DNA of 64,000 bases from the NCBI RefSeq assembly GCF_009914755.1, contig NC_060944.1; one strand, given 5' to 3'. Positions 1-16,410 of this stretch are shown piece after piece. The translations under genes were made by a program, and so were the position numbers. The notes under the pieces were generated by a model. The model ran no database searches, was not told the DNA's origin, and was given only the letters and a program-made list of their open reading frames with translations. The first letter of the stretch is position 1. Each line of letters begins with the position of its first letter. This stretch comes from the human T2T-CHM13v2.0 reference genome, Homo sapiens.

Positions 1-2747
<2,747 letters not shown>

Positions 2748-2749
<2 letters not shown>

Positions 2750-3730
2750 GAACACTTAACATAAGATCTACCCTCTTAGCAAATTTTAAGTATACAATAT
2801 AATGCTGTTAGCTGTAGGCACTATGCTGTATAGTAATTCTCTAGAAATTATGTATCTTGCAAAACTAAAATTTTGTACCCTTTGACTATCACCTTCCACT
2901 TTCCTCTCCCCCACCCTGGTAAACACCATTTTACTCTTTCACTTTTGTGAGTTTGACTACTTTAGATTTCACCTATAAGTAAGTGCTTATAAGTCTGAAT
3001 GTTTGTGTCTCTCCAAAATTCATTTGTTGAAATCAAATTCCCAATGTGATAGTATTAAGAAGTGGGATTAGTGCCCCTATAAAAAAGGCCATGAAAAGCT
3101 TGTTTGCCACTTTCACCATGGGAGGGTTCATCAAGAAGGGGCCCTCTATAAAGCAGAGAGCAGCCTTCATTAGGCAGTGAATCTGCTGGCGCCTTGATCT
3201 TGGACTTCCCAGCATCTAGAGCTATAAGAAACAAATTTCTATTGTTTTTAAGCCACTCAGTATATGGTATTTTGGTATAGCAACTCAAATGGACTAAGAC
3301 AGTGAGATAATGCAGTATTTGTCTTTTTGTGTCTGGCTTATTTCACTTAGCATAGTGTCCTTCAGGTTCATCCATGTTGTTGCAAATGGCAGGATTTCTT
3401 TCATTTGAAGGCTAACATTCCATTGGATGTATATGCCACATTTTCTTTATCCATTCATCTGTTGATAGGCATTTAGATTATTTCCATATCTTGCCTTTTG
3501 TGAACAATGCTGCAATGACCGTGGAAGTACTGGTATTCTTTTGAGATCTGATCCCAATTTCATTTCCACTGGATATATACCCAGAAGTGAGATTCCTGGA
3601 TTGCAAGGTAGTTCTAGTTCTATAATGGCTACAACCAATTTACATTCCCACCAACACTGTGTGGTTTCCTTTTCTCCACATCATCACCAGAATGTTTTGT
3701 TTTATTTTATTTTTAAAATAATAGCCAAAC
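2748..3730 (-). mobile_element. Old L1 (L1MA8/L1MA9-like) 3' end, interrupted by a MaLR LTR; target of the young L1 insertion
   Basis: Antisense L1MA 3'UTR motifs (AACACTTAACATAAGATCTACCCTCTTAGCAAATTTT; TGGCTTATTTCACTTAGCATA) continue on both sides of the LTR. Confidence 0.8.
2984..3301 (+). mobile_element. MaLR solo LTR (MLT1A/MST-like)
   Basis: TG..CA ends, TCTGAATGTTTGTGTC start, GGACTAAGACA end, 5-bp TSD gtaag(2979-2983)/gtgag(3302-3306). Confidence 0.85.
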
Positions 3731-4259
3731 CATTTGGATATGGTTTAAATATTCCCAATACTAGATCAACTATTTTCTTTGCTGCCAAGTGAAGAAAAGC
3801 AAGGGTTGGAACAGAGCCAAATTTCTGGTGATGAGCTGTTGCTCTGGAGACAATTTTCTGAGAAGTGCACGTTAAACAGCATAGCATTTCAGCCTTGAAG
3901 TGAGAAGTGTAGACTATTTGTGATAATGAATATACAACTGAGGTGTTCCACTGGAGCAAGTCACTTAGAATCACAGAAAGCGTATTATCAGGCCCATGAT
4001 GTAAATTTAAAATGTCTTATTCCTCATTTTACAAACTTATGTGGGCATCTTTCCTTCTCACAGGAAGCCCATTTCAGTGTGGAAAATCAGTCTTGTATGA
4101 ACCAGATTTAGAACAGTGCCATGATTCGTTCATATTCAAGAGTTAACTGCTTCTACACAGAGTTGGTGTCAGAAGGCATGTTGCTGAGTGCCAGCAACTC
4201 CTTGGGGGTTGAGCTTAGATGGTGTCCTCTGTTCTAGCATGTGAATGCTGTAAACGGGG

Positions 4260-4928
4260 TGTGTTAGGCCATTCTTGCATTGCTATAAAGAAATACCTGA
4301 GGCCGGGCAAGGTGGCTCAAGCCTGTAATCCCAGCACTTTGGGAGGCCGAGGTGGGTGGATCATGAGGTCAGGAGATCGAGACCATCCTGGCTAACATGG
4401 TGAAACCCCATCTCTACTAAAAATACAAAAAATTAGCCGGGCGTGGTGGCGGGCGCCTGTAGCCCCAGCTACGCAGGAGGCTGAGGCAGGAGAATGGCAT
4501 GAACCCAGGAGGCGGAGCTTACAATGAGCCGAGATCACGCCACTGCACTCCGGCCTGGGCAGTAGAGCGAGACTGCCTCCAAAAAAAAAAAAAAAAAAAA
4601 AAAAAAAGAAATACCTGAGGCTGGGTAATTTATAAAAAAGGGCATCTGCTTCAGGTGAGGCTTCAGGAGCTTTTACTCGTGGTGGAAGGTGATGGGGAGC
4701 CAGCACATCACATCGTGAGAGAGGGAGCAAGAGAGCAAGGAGGAGGAGTCAGACTCTCTTCAACAACCAGCGCTTCTTGTGTGAACTGATTAGGGAAGGG
4801 GGAGCACGCAGCCATTCATGAGGGATCCACCCCCATGACCCAAACACCTCCCACCAGGTCCCACCTCTAGAATTGGAGGTCACGTTTCAACATGAAATTT
4901 GGAGGGAACAAACATCCAAGACATATCA
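4260..4928 (-). mobile_element. MaLR solo LTR (MSTA/MSTB-like) with internal deletion, interrupted by AluY
   Basis: TGTGTTAGGCCATTCTTGCATTGCTATAAAGAAATACCTGAG ... CCCCCATGACCCAAACACCTCCCACCAGG ... ATATCA. Confidence 0.85.
4301..4604 (+). mobile_element. AluY
   Basis: Full dimer with AluY diagnostics (ACCATCCTGGCTAAC, GAATGGCATGAACCC, GGAGCTT), pure A tail, perfect 14-bp TSD AAAGAAATACCTGA (4287-4300 / 4605-4618). Confidence 0.95.
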
Positions 4929-5199
4929 CTGAATGAGATGTGCTGAGATTGTTATCCAAGCTCCATCCAGGTAAGCTAGTGAGAGGCTCCATCCTGGAGC
5001 CAAAGGTACACTTGACTTTATAAAGTGTGCAATATGATTATAATCAGATCATACCCTTTTTCTCCAGGTTTTCAGATATTGATTTACCTAACCTTAACAT
5101 ATTATCAAATAGCCGTTCAATGACATATACCTTTGCTCTGTGTCAATTAACTTAAAATTATCTGTGATGAAATACTCGGTTCTGAAATTATTCTATACA

Positions 5200-5621
5200 T
5201 ACTGAGAGCAGATGCTGCCAGAGTTCCCATGATTCTGCACAGAGGAAGGTTCTCATAGTAAGGATCTGATGCTGTGTCTGCAGGCTTGGCTTGGCCATGG
5301 GAGTATGCTCTGTCCATATGCAGAAGTCACTCCTGGAGCAGCTCTCAACCAGTGACTGAGAGATAAATAACCTGGCTTCCTCACCCCTCAGGTGAGCTGT
5401 GTTCCACACAGTCTACCGGATTCCTCCAGGGGGATCGAGCCTCAGCTGCTCAATTATTACCTCAGTAATAACTTACTAATTAATGCACCTGGTGTTCACT
5501 CCTCTTCTCCATTTCACCTCTCCGTTTACCTGCGTGCTTCCTGGGATTGCATCTCAAAATGAACTAAGGAAGTGAAATCCTTACCTTAGAGCGGAATTCT
5601 GAGGGAAACCCAAACTAAGAT
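5200..5621 (+). mobile_element. ERVL solo LTR, LTR16-like
   Basis: 3' end ..GAGGGAAACCCAAACTAAGATA and internal CTCAGGTGAGCTGTGTTCCACACAGTCT motif typical of the LTR16 family. Confidence 0.6.
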
Positions 5622-5864
5622 AGAGCATCAATATGTTTACTTACATTAGAAAAAATTAAGGTTCAAAAGAAACATAACCTTGCCATTTAGGGTTTTCTTC
5701 TTCGTAAACTTCTCATTTTTTTGCCACTCTTAGTATACAGAGTATTTTTTTAAAATTAAAAATACCTATTTCTCATTACAAAAGTAATCTGTATTCCTTG
5801 TAAAAGAATTAGCTAGAAATGACTGCCCTGGAATATTTGTGTTTGTCTTTCCATCCTTTTTACT

Positions 5865-6441
5865 TGCATGGTGGGTTTTTAAAACAATGTCTCCCATCCC
5901 ATAGGCTCTTTTTCACTGTGACCTTAATACTCCTCTCATTGAGAGTTGGGACTTGGTTGTTTACCCTTCAACCTGGGCCTGCCTTGACCAACAGAATGTA
6001 GTGGAAGTGATGCTGGGTGACTTCTGAGATGGAATTATAATAATGTCACACACTTACATCTCGGTTTTTCTTTTGGACAGACACTCATTAGAAAAATTCA
6101 GCTGCCATGCTGTGGGGAATCTCAAGTTAGCTCACATGAATAGACCACATGGTTAGGGGATTTGGCTGGGAGCTCTAGCTGAGGTCCCAGTTGGTAGCTA
6201 ACATCAACTGCCAGATATTGAGATGCTTCCATGTTGTTCTCACTCCCAGCTGTCAAGACGCTCCCAGCTTTTGAGTCTTTTCAGCTAATCTGCTAGATGT
6301 TGTGGGACACAAAAATGCTATCTATTGCTGTATCTGGACCCAGTAAATGTATGACACATGGAATCTATGAGCATAATAAAATGACTGTTTAATGCCCGTG
6401 CATTCTGGGTGTCTTGCTATGCAGCAATAATAACTTGAATA
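5865..6441 (+). mobile_element. MaLR solo LTR, MLT1F/G-like
   Basis: TTGACCAACAGAATGTAGTGGAAGTGATGCTG..GACTTCTGAG; end ATGAGCATAATAAAATG..TATGCAGCAATAATAACTTGAATA. Confidence 0.75.
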
Positions 6442-6644
6442 TTCCTCCTTGCCAATTTCTTTGTATTCTCTAGCCTTTGTATTCTCATCTGATTGGCTGA
6501 GGTAATTGATGTCAATCCTGTTGGGCTGAGTCTTTTGAGCTACATCAACTCACAGGTCTTAGTCAGCTTATAACAGATATCATTGGGGGCATGTGACCAT
6601 CTCTGAGCCAATCACTTAATAGCCTTATATAAGTTAAAAATTTG

Positions 6645-6983
<339 letters not shown>

Positions 6984-8761
6984 TTAACCAGAAAGAAACA
7001 CTGTCAGACACACATGCATAGGTACTTATGAATAAAAACAAAAACACAATTTAAAAATATACCAAAGCATAAAATAAATTACAACCGATGTATAGAACAA
7101 TAGGTAATTGCAACACAAAGACCATACTCTTATCAACTAAAAATATATTTTGTCTAACATAAAAAGAAACCCAAAGCATTATGTTATGCATTTCTTTTGT
7201 GTACAGCTCCTATCACAGTATGGGAAACATACAGAGCCTTTCCTCCATGGTGGATATTCTCCATCTTCAGCAAATCTGAGGAAGGTTTGAGTAACTAACC
7301 TAAAATCTGTGGATAGATTTTTATCCTTTGATAGTAGTTTATGAATTTATATGCTTGTGCTAATTTAAAACTTTTTAAATATAGCAGCAAGACTGTGTTG
7401 TATAATCAAAGAAAATGGGAAAACTAACCAAATCATTGAGGCATTTTTGCCTCCATCTTGGTAGCTTTCATAGTTTCCCATCTTGAGAAGATCTTAGTAC
7501 TTAAATTCCTTTAGAGAAATGTTATACTACAGAAGAGAGCGTCCATTTTTTCTGCTTCTTCACTGATGTCTGTCCCTAGATCCGGCAACTCCCTGGCTTT
7601 GGAGTCCCAGCCCTCCTTAAGCCATCTTGTCTCTCTTTCCTGGGGTCCCTGTCCAGCTGGGTGAGCCCAATGCTCTGACTGCAGCTGGACCTCGGTACCT
7701 TCAGCTTCTGTCATGCTGGAGTCATAACAAGTGCCTGTGTCCAGACTTGGGAGTGCACTAGGTTTTCCAACCACAACCTGAAAAGATGCCGTGGAGACAA
7801 GGCAGTGGGAAAAGTGAGTTAATACACCTCCTGCCTCTGAAGAGGTAGGCTGTAAACTGAACCAGGAGTCAGAGCAAAATGAATCAGATGTCTTCATCCA
7901 AGTAAATACTGGACATTCATCCACGACGTGAAACCACCATACAATTCAAAAACATTGGCAGGCTCTGTTGAGGGAGTGACGCAGCAGGGGGCCTCCAAGC
8001 CAGAGATGAGGTGGCACGGGCAGAGCTGAGCAAGGACACTTCTGCCACATGATGCTTGGCACACGCTGTTGTTCCTTGTCTTGCTTTCAGGTGCCATATT
8101 TGCAAAAACAAATGGAATTGGAGGCCACGCTGTATCCCAACTGGCCAGCTAAGACCTGCTCATGAATCACTGACTAGCTCCATTACTTAGCTAATGTGTC
8201 AGAGCTGGCTCCGCTCTAACTGACCTCCCTTGCCTCTAAAAAGTGACACATTGAATTTTATTACTGACTCTGTGTTTCAAAACATTTTGGGGACTGAAAA
8301 ACCCACCAGGCAAATCTCAGGCCTTAGAAAGCAGTTAAACTGAATTGCAAATAAAAGGCTTAGAAAGTCCTTAAAATCATAAACTTGGCATCTCCAATAG
8401 GACAAATGAACTTTGTCTTCTCATCTGAGTTAACAGATTTGGAAGAATCAAAATCTTTTCTGTTGTATAGACTACATGCTACCATTTCCACAGGCAAGCT
8501 GCCCCTAAATTTGGAAAACTTTTCCTTCTGAAACCACCCAATCTCTTTAGCTTGATTTGGGCAACCGAATCTCTTAGGCTTTTGCCTCTTTGTGTCCAAA
8601 ACTAGCACTGTTCCTGAGAGCAGGCTATCAATCATTTACATATTAGTGTGACATTCAGTCAGCATCCATTTAAATAAATTTACTCAGATAAATATTTATT
8701 AAGCACCTACTTTGTTCTAGATACAAAGATGGGTAAGCCACTGCCCCTGACTTTTATGTGC

Positions 8762-9479
8762 TGTTAAAAGAAAAACTTTAGACAAATTAAATTTAATGGA
8801 ATTTAATTGATAAAAAATGACTTGCAAATCAAGCAGCCCCCTGAACCAGAATAGGTTCACGTGGCTCCAGGGCTGCCACATGGTTGGATAACATTTATGA
8901 ACAGAACAAGTAAAGAGACACAGAAAACAGAAGTGAGGTACAGGATTGATTATAGCTCAGCGTTTGCCTTATTTGAACATAGCTTGAACTGTTGGCTGCC
9001 TGTGATTGGCTGAAACTTGGCTGCTGGGATTGGCTGAGACTCACTACTTGTTAAGAGAGTAGGTTGCAGTCATTTACACATTCAGTTAGGTGATAGTTTG
9101 CTATGTATGGAGAAACCTTAAGGGCAAATTTAAATATGTAAGGAAGCATCTTTAGGCTAAATCTATTTATTTCTTCTTTGAGACAGGTTCTCAGTCTGTC
9201 ACCCAGGCTGGAGTGCAGTGGTGTGATCACAGCTCACTGCAGCCTTCAACCTTCTGGCTCAAGTGATCCTCTCACTTCAGCCTTGGAAGTAGCTGTGACC
9301 ACTGGCATGTGCCACCATGCCAGGCTATTTATTTTATTTTATTTTTGTAGGGACTGGGTCCTGCTATGTTCCCCAGGCCAGTCTCTAACCCTGGGCTCAA
9401 GTGATCCTCCTGCCTTGGCCTCCCAAAGTGCTGGGATTACAGGGATGAGCCACCATGCCCTGTCTGGCTAAACTTAACA
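8762..9479 (-). mobile_element. ERV1 solo LTR, MER57 family, interrupted by AluJ
   Basis: TGTTAAAAGAAAAACTTTAGACAAATTAAATTTAA..GATTGGCTGAAACT..TTTAGGCTAAA..CTTAACA; 4-bp flanks gtgc/gcac consistent with a CpG-decayed GCGC TSD. Confidence 0.85.
9165..9464 (-). mobile_element. AluJ
   Basis: Antisense dimer with AluJ diagnostics (GTGATCACAGCTCACTGCAGCC, GGCTCAAGTGATCCTC); flanking GGCTAAA repeat. Confidence 0.9.
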
Positions 9480-10954
9480 GCACAGTCAAAGAGGAGAAAC
9501 AGACAGGTAGGTGCTAGTAAGCAATGTGTAAGCAGGAAGAGAGTGGAACCAAAGTTCTGTGGAGTCAAAAGGAAGAAGCATGTAACAGGAGGCTTGAATT
9601 AAGGCGGCATTTGAGATGAGCTTCTAAAAGGAGACTTTCAGCAGGCGTGAGTGGGGTGGGCGAGGAAGCAGCCATTGCCAGCAGCGAACAGCACACACAG
9701 GTGAAAGTGGGAGACCTTATGGGGACCTGAGTGTGGGTGGTGACATGGTAGACAATGGTGAGACAATGGGACTGGAAGGGAATTTGGGCCAAGTCATTGA
9801 GGCCTCAGATGCCATAAGACATCTTATGTAATACAATACATCTTAATAATGCGGGCAAAATAATAAGACATCTTAATAATGCAGGCAGTAGAGAGCCAGG
9901 AGAGAGTTGGGGTGGCAGACTGACAGGGCGAGGTCTCTGCTTAAAAGACATACAGCTTTGATGGCATTGTGGCAGGTGAGTTGGTTGGAGACAGAGTGAC
10001 AGCTAATGCCAGCAGTTGAGGTTATAAATCAGGTGAAGGCAGTGGAGATTAAAATGAGAGAATAAAATTGAGGAGTATGTTGCACTTAGGCTCAATTTAA
10101 ACCTACAGAACAAAGTGGGCAGAGGAGTTGAAGGCAACTTAAAGGTTTTTCACCCAAATGAGTTTTAAATATATTTCTAAGCAAAAGATTGTATTGTAGG
10201 ATTATCCACAGTCAAAGAAATTCCAGGCATCATCTGCAGTTAGCAGTGAAAAGAGAAGAATTTACAAATGATGAAAACTGAAAACAAATGAATCTTAATC
10301 TCCTTTCTTTCATCCTGATATTCTTATTCTATCCCTTATTACTTAAAGGTTAAATTGGAAATATTTAGGAATTTTTAATTTTATCTGATAAATGTTTAAC
10401 ACAAAGCATTTACCAATGGCTACTTATTCTTAGTTATCCCTAGTTAATTACAAATTATGCAATCGAATAATTTTGTTTCATTATGCCCTAGCATCATATC
10501 CCCACACACTGAGAACAAGCAGTGAGTTATCACACTCAAAGCAAGAACAATCTGTAATTTCGGCCTGAAGAGGATTCTGCAATTTTCCTAAGAAAAGAAG
10601 GCCTGCCTTCCCTCTTTGTGTGTGAGCATCCTAGTGTTGACTCTGGAACTCTGGATATTGTGGCTGGGTGCCAGCCCTGCTGACTAGGCTGCCAGGAAAG
10701 GGAGTGGAGTGGACACTGGCAACCCAGGCCAGAAATAAGCAAGGAGTAAACCCAATATTTCAAAAGCTTTGGGCCATAAAAAAATAAGTCAAAAGGTTTT
10801 AGTGATGAGAGGAAATTGGAACTCAGCCCCTCTCTATTATAAAATAAACAAAACAAATACAGCCATTTACAAGCGAAGTCACCTGATCGTTATTTAACTG
10901 TGGTTCTGTGTAACGCATTATCACCCAATGGGAGACAGTGAGCTGTCAGGGAGG

Positions 10955-11160
10955 GAACAAGGCTTTGGACTTGGGCAGCCTGAATTGGCAACTGAATATC
11001 TCCACTTACTACTTGTGTGACCTTGGACAAGCTGGGCTTTTCTGAACCCAGGTCTCTTAATCAGGAAACTATGATAAGTTTCACCTTCAAGGCTTGTCAT
11101 GCAGATCAGCTGAGCAGACAAATGGAGTACTCAATCACCTAGCAGGTTGTCAACCATCAG
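10955..11160 (+). mobile_element. MIR SINE
   Basis: Core CCACTTACTACTTGTGTGACCTTGGACAAG. Confidence 0.75.
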
Positions 11161-11289
11161 TCCTTTAGTATGTGCCAAGTTGGTTCTCTGCTAGGCACTT
11201 GGAATGTAGTGAGAATAATCTTGCTCTCACAGTCCCAGTTTCTAAATAAAATTTTTAATATCATATTTATTTAAAATATGTTCATTTTC

Positions 11290-11750
11290 TTTGTTACTTT
11301 TTTATTGATACATAATATTTGCACATATTTATGGAGTACATGTGATATTTTGTTACATGCATAGAATGTGTAATAATCAAGTCAGATTGTCCAACTCCTC
11401 CAGTGTTTATTTCTGTGTGCTGGGAACATTTCAAGTCCCCTCTTCTAGCTATCCTGAAATATACAGTATGTTGTTGCAAACTATAGCCACCCTACTATGC
11501 TGTCAAGCATTAGAACGTATTCCTTCTATCCAACTGTATGTTTGTACCCAGTAACCAACCTCTCTCATCTCACTGAACCTCCCTCACCCCCGGCCTCTGG
11601 TAACCATCATTCTACTCTCCGTGCCCATGAGATCAACTTTTATAGCTCCTGTCTATGAGTAGGAACATGCAGTATTTGTCTTTCTGTTCCTGGCTTATTT
11701 CACTTAACATAATATCCTCCAATTCTATCCATGTTGCTGCAAATATCACA
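11290..11750 (-). mobile_element. L1MA3/L1MA4-like 3' fragment
   Basis: TTATTGATACATAATATTTGCACATATTTATGGAGTACATGTGATATTTTG..; same family as 59985-64000. Confidence 0.85.
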
Positions 11751-11809
11751 ATCCCCTTAACAGTGAGACAGATATTTAAAAAGCAAGCAAAAAATGAATA
11801 TTTTTTTTT

Positions 11810-12106
<297 letters not shown>

Positions 12107-13176
12107 TTATAGCAGGACAGTTATTGACCTTAGACCAAGGCAAGATGGGCTCTGTGGTTTAAAAGCCCCACCCTGGGCTTCTTCCCATTGAGCCCCTCTC
12201 TTTAGGATAAAGGGTCTGCAAGGCCAAAATCACATGCTGCACCTGCTCAGAGCCCATGCCCCTCTTCTGGACTTGCTCAGGGAGTAGAATCCTGGAATTC
12301 CATGCTCCAACAAACCCACCCTTGTTCCTAGGGTGTACATGGGTCTTTCTTTTTGAGGGTATGCTATTCCACTGGGATGGGCACCTCGGACATGGGGTGT
12401 GGCTGCTGTGATATTTATAGTTTGTGGGATGGAGGTTGGCAAGTATGTATGAGTGTGAGGTCCCCTGTGGTGCAGGATGGAGTGGGGGTGAGAAGAGAAG
12501 TGGGAAGGGCAGCTGTGAACTGGCTCTTTCTCCTGGTGCTTCTCAGTGCAGAGCACTGAAGAGTTCAAGAACTCTACCTTCCATTCTGATCTCCCAGACC
12601 ACTAGGAGGATACACTAGTGTAGAGGCAGATAGGAGGAGAGAACACCTTTTGTGTCACAGCTTTTTTTCTTGATAGCATCTGTGGCACACTTAGACATCT
12701 AGTAGATGGGCCTACATTTACACTCTTGTTTTGGGCAGGGCATGTGGTTGGCAGAATATTCTTCCAATGAGCATCTTTTGACTGGCCCATTCATGTATCT
12801 TAGTTTCTTGAACCAACTCATAGTCATTTTTAAATCTCTCTGTTCCTTTATACAGGTGTGCCTCTTACTTGGAACCCACTTTCCCTCCATTTCCTTTGTA
12901 AGTCTTTTGCTCATTCATCACCAAGGTTAGAAGTCATTTCTCTGTGAACCCTTCCCTATCAGAGCAGGTCTGAGCATGTGGTGTCCGTTCAGTGGGGGTA
13001 ATGTGTGGGCAGCTGAAGTCTGATTCGTACCTTCCAGACCAAAAGAAAGGCACTGGTTCCAGCGTAGTGTCCCATAGCAGAAACATGGCTCGGAGCTCAG
13101 TTTAAAGGTGTTCCTTGAATGAGGCCAATCCTTTTTGGGGGAGGGGAAGGGGAAGGAGGGTCTCCCAACCCCCGCC

Positions 13177-13338
<162 letters not shown>

Positions 13339-13689
13339 GAGATCTCCCCTTTTTTATCCTTTCTCACTGTATTTATGTGTGTCTTGGTCAGAGTCTTCGT
13401 CTGGATTCAGTGGGATGGCATTACATGGTGGTGTAGGTGTCCTGAAACTGAAGGAGAAATTTAGGTCTGTGTGGCCACATTAGTTCCTCTCAGGAGAGAG
13501 CAGGCATCCAACTTCAATGAGGAATGCAACAGAGAGAGAGAAAAAAAGAAAGATCGGGTGATTGAGTAGACATTGAGGTCTGAAAAAATGTAGAAGTCAA
13601 GTCGAACAAATAAGCATAAACATGTACTTTTAGGAAGAAGTCCATGTTGCTGGTGCCCTGCTCACATTGCTTTGGCCCAGCCTTGAAGG

Positions 13690-14056
13690 ACAGCTGCAGA
13701 GTGGATTCTCTCATCTCCCTTCCCAGAGGCATCCTCTGGCCAAATAAGGGGGCATTCTCGGCCATCAAGCTGAGCAGGCCAGTGAGGGGTGGGCACTGAG
13801 GGGCACACACCAGCTTGTGTCCCACTCAGAGGGGCGGTTCTGAGGCATGCTCCCTACAGTCTCCCAGAGTGGCCCCAGGAGGGCTAAGCCTCAGTTGCCC
13901 ATGATGGCAATGCTCATTATTGCACCCTCGTGGCTTCCTTCTCTTTCCTGCCTCATTTCGTACTCCCAAGCTGTGCTCCCCTGCATCACTTCCTAAACTA
14001 AATCCCTTCATCTAAGAACTTATCCCAGGGTCTGCTTTGGGGAAGAACAAAAGACA
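13690..14056 (+). mobile_element. ERVL solo LTR, LTR16-like
   Basis: TTCTGAGGCATGCTCCCTACAGTCTCCCAGAG..; end CAGGGTCTGCTTTGGGGAAGAACAAAAGACA. Confidence 0.65.
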
Positions 14057-14849
14057 AAGCACTTATGATATACTCAAGACTAACAGAAGCATAAGCTTCT
14101 GAGGATTTAAATGCAAATAGAAACAATGCAATAGAAATAGACTAAAAGGCCTGTGCTCTCCTTAACCCACCCAGCCTATTTCAGACTGATGGGCTTGGGG
14201 TCATTTTCTGCCAGAGTGCTTATTGCTCTTTAAATTCTTGGTTTTCCGGACGTGGAATATTAACACCATCTAATAAGTTGAACTACTTGTTCTTTATTAG
14301 AGAACTAGAGGAACCAGGCCCATATGTTTGATGGCAACTTGACAAAGCTCTATTAAGAGCTCACACCTATGAATACAGTGTGGTTTGCCAGAAAAGGGGC
14401 ATTCAGTTTCCGAGCCAAATATAGTACACTGAAGCACTAAGATGTATGAACTGAATCTTGACCTGCTGGTATGTAAACTTTTCAAAGTTCCCAAATTTGA
14501 AGACAGGTTGGACATTTTTCTAGTGGAGTTCCTGGACCCAAAGTTATTTTTTATGAAGCAGTTTTGTAAAATTTATGATGTGAGGTTACAATATGCCTTT
14601 TTCTTGTGATTCATCCTTCTTGCAAGCTTCTATGTAGCAAGCCGGCAAAAGGCAGTGGAAGGGACTTCTGGGGACGGTCCTGTCATTTCCTGCAGTATTT
14701 TCGTGAGTCATTCAGCATCGGTCTCTTCCCTACTCCTATTGTCTGGCTGGAGAGAAGCACCCTTTCATAGGTGAGCTTTTCCTACAAACATGAGAGATTA
14801 AAAATAAGATCTTCAAATGAAGAAATAATTTGACATTTATTCATTGAAA

Positions 14850-14985
14850 ATCACTCATCTTCAACTCATCTTCCATTTACAGCTCTACCCCTTTCTTTTA
14901 TGGATGGAGAAAATGAGGCCCAGAAAAATAAATGGATTTGTCCAAGATAACCCTGATTGTTTAATCAGGGTGTTGCAGAGCTCAC
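14850..14985 (-). mobile_element. MIR fragment
   Basis: TTTTATGGATGGAGAAAATGAGGCCCAGA..TTTGTCCAAGATAAC. Confidence 0.6.
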
Positions 14986-15107
14986 ATCCGCTGGTCATGT
15001 GTTTGCTGGAGGACTCAACTTTTGGAGTCTCTGATTTTTATTTGTAAAAAAGAGGTAGTAGTATAGTTCTTGAAGATTCATCTTACAGAAGTAAATTGAT
15101 GGAAAAA

Positions 15108-16410
15108 CTACTTTATTAAGGCATAATTGACATAAAATAAACAGCATGCACTTAAAGTGTACAATTTGATAAGCATTGACTTATGTGTACATCCATGAAA
15201 CTGTCACTACAATCAAGATGGCAAACAGCCCTCATCCCCAAGAGGTTCCCTGTGCCCCTTGTCATCCTTCCCTGCATTCCTCCCTCTCTTCCTCCCTAGA
15301 CAATCACTGATCTGCTTAGTTTACATTTTCTGGAGTTTTATATAGTGGAATCACACAGATTTTATTCTTTTTTGTATGACTTCTTTTACTCAACATAATT
15401 GTTTTGACATTCATTCTTTATATGGAATGAATCAATATTTATTCTTTTTATTTTTGAGTAGGATTTTAAGGTATGGATACATCTCAACTTGCTTATTCAT
15501 TCACCTGTTGGTGGGCATGTGAGTTGTTTAAGTTTTGGGTTATTACAAATAAAGCTGCTTGAATGTTTATGTATATGACTTTGTGTGTATTTATGCTTTC
15601 ATTTTTTCTTTGGTAAAAACCAAGAATGGAATAGCTGCATCATATGGTGATTGTGTTTTTTTTTAAACTTTATAAGGAACTGACACATTGTTTTCCAAAG
15701 GGGCTGTATCATTTTACATTCTCACCAGCAGTGAATGAGATTCTAGTTCTTCCATATCCTCACCAATACTTGCTGTGGTCAGTCTTTTTAGCTATTCTAA
15801 CAGATATCTCATTATAGTTTTAGTTTGCTTATTCTTAATGACTAATGATGTCAAGCATCTATTCATGTGCTTATTTGCCATACAAGTATTTTTTTTCCAA
15901 GAAAATGTCTGTTCAAATCTTTTGCCCATTTTTAAATTGGGTGGTTTATTTTCTATTATGGATACAAGTCCTTTATCAGATATATAATTTGCAAATATTT
16001 TCTCCACGTCTCTTTTTCATTTTCTTAACACTGCACTTTGAAGAACAGAAAAATTTTAATGAAGTCCAATTTATTAACTTTTTCTTTTATGAATCATGTT
16101 TTCAGGGTCATATCTAATAACCTAATAAAATTTATCTATGTTTTCTTGTAAAATTTTACAGTGATAGGTTTAACATTTAAATCTATTATCTATTTGCATT
16201 GCTCTTTTTAATATGGTATAAGGTGTGAAAATAAGTTAATTTTCCTTTACACATATATATCCATTTTTTTAAAACAGTACATTTGTTGAAAAGGCTGTTT
16301 TTTCTTTACTGAATTACCTTTTTATCTTTGTTGAAAATCAGTTGTTCATATACGTGTGGTTCCATCCATTTCTGGATTCTTGATTCTGTTCCCAAGATTT
16401 AGAATCTATC
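15108..16410 (-). mobile_element. L1MC1/L1MB-like 3' fragment
   Basis: TTAAAGTGTACAATTTGATAAG..CCATGAAACTGTCACTACAATCAAGAT; degenerate ORF2 C-terminus (track 15792-16007: EKIFANYISDKGL). Confidence 0.8.

Larger units (their letters stand above)
8670..10165 (-). mobile_element. L2 LINE 3' fragment, interrupted by MER57
   Basis: ATATTTATTAAGCACCTACT L2 tail in antisense; continues after 9480 (GCATTTGAGATGAGC.. purine-rich antisense L2 body). Confidence 0.65.

Noticed and set aside
4392-4730. 112-aa ORF and similar ORFs at 6705, 9178, 13115, 35362, 36499 and 42882
   Set aside because: Typical Alu-derived translations (LECSG.., PASAS..).
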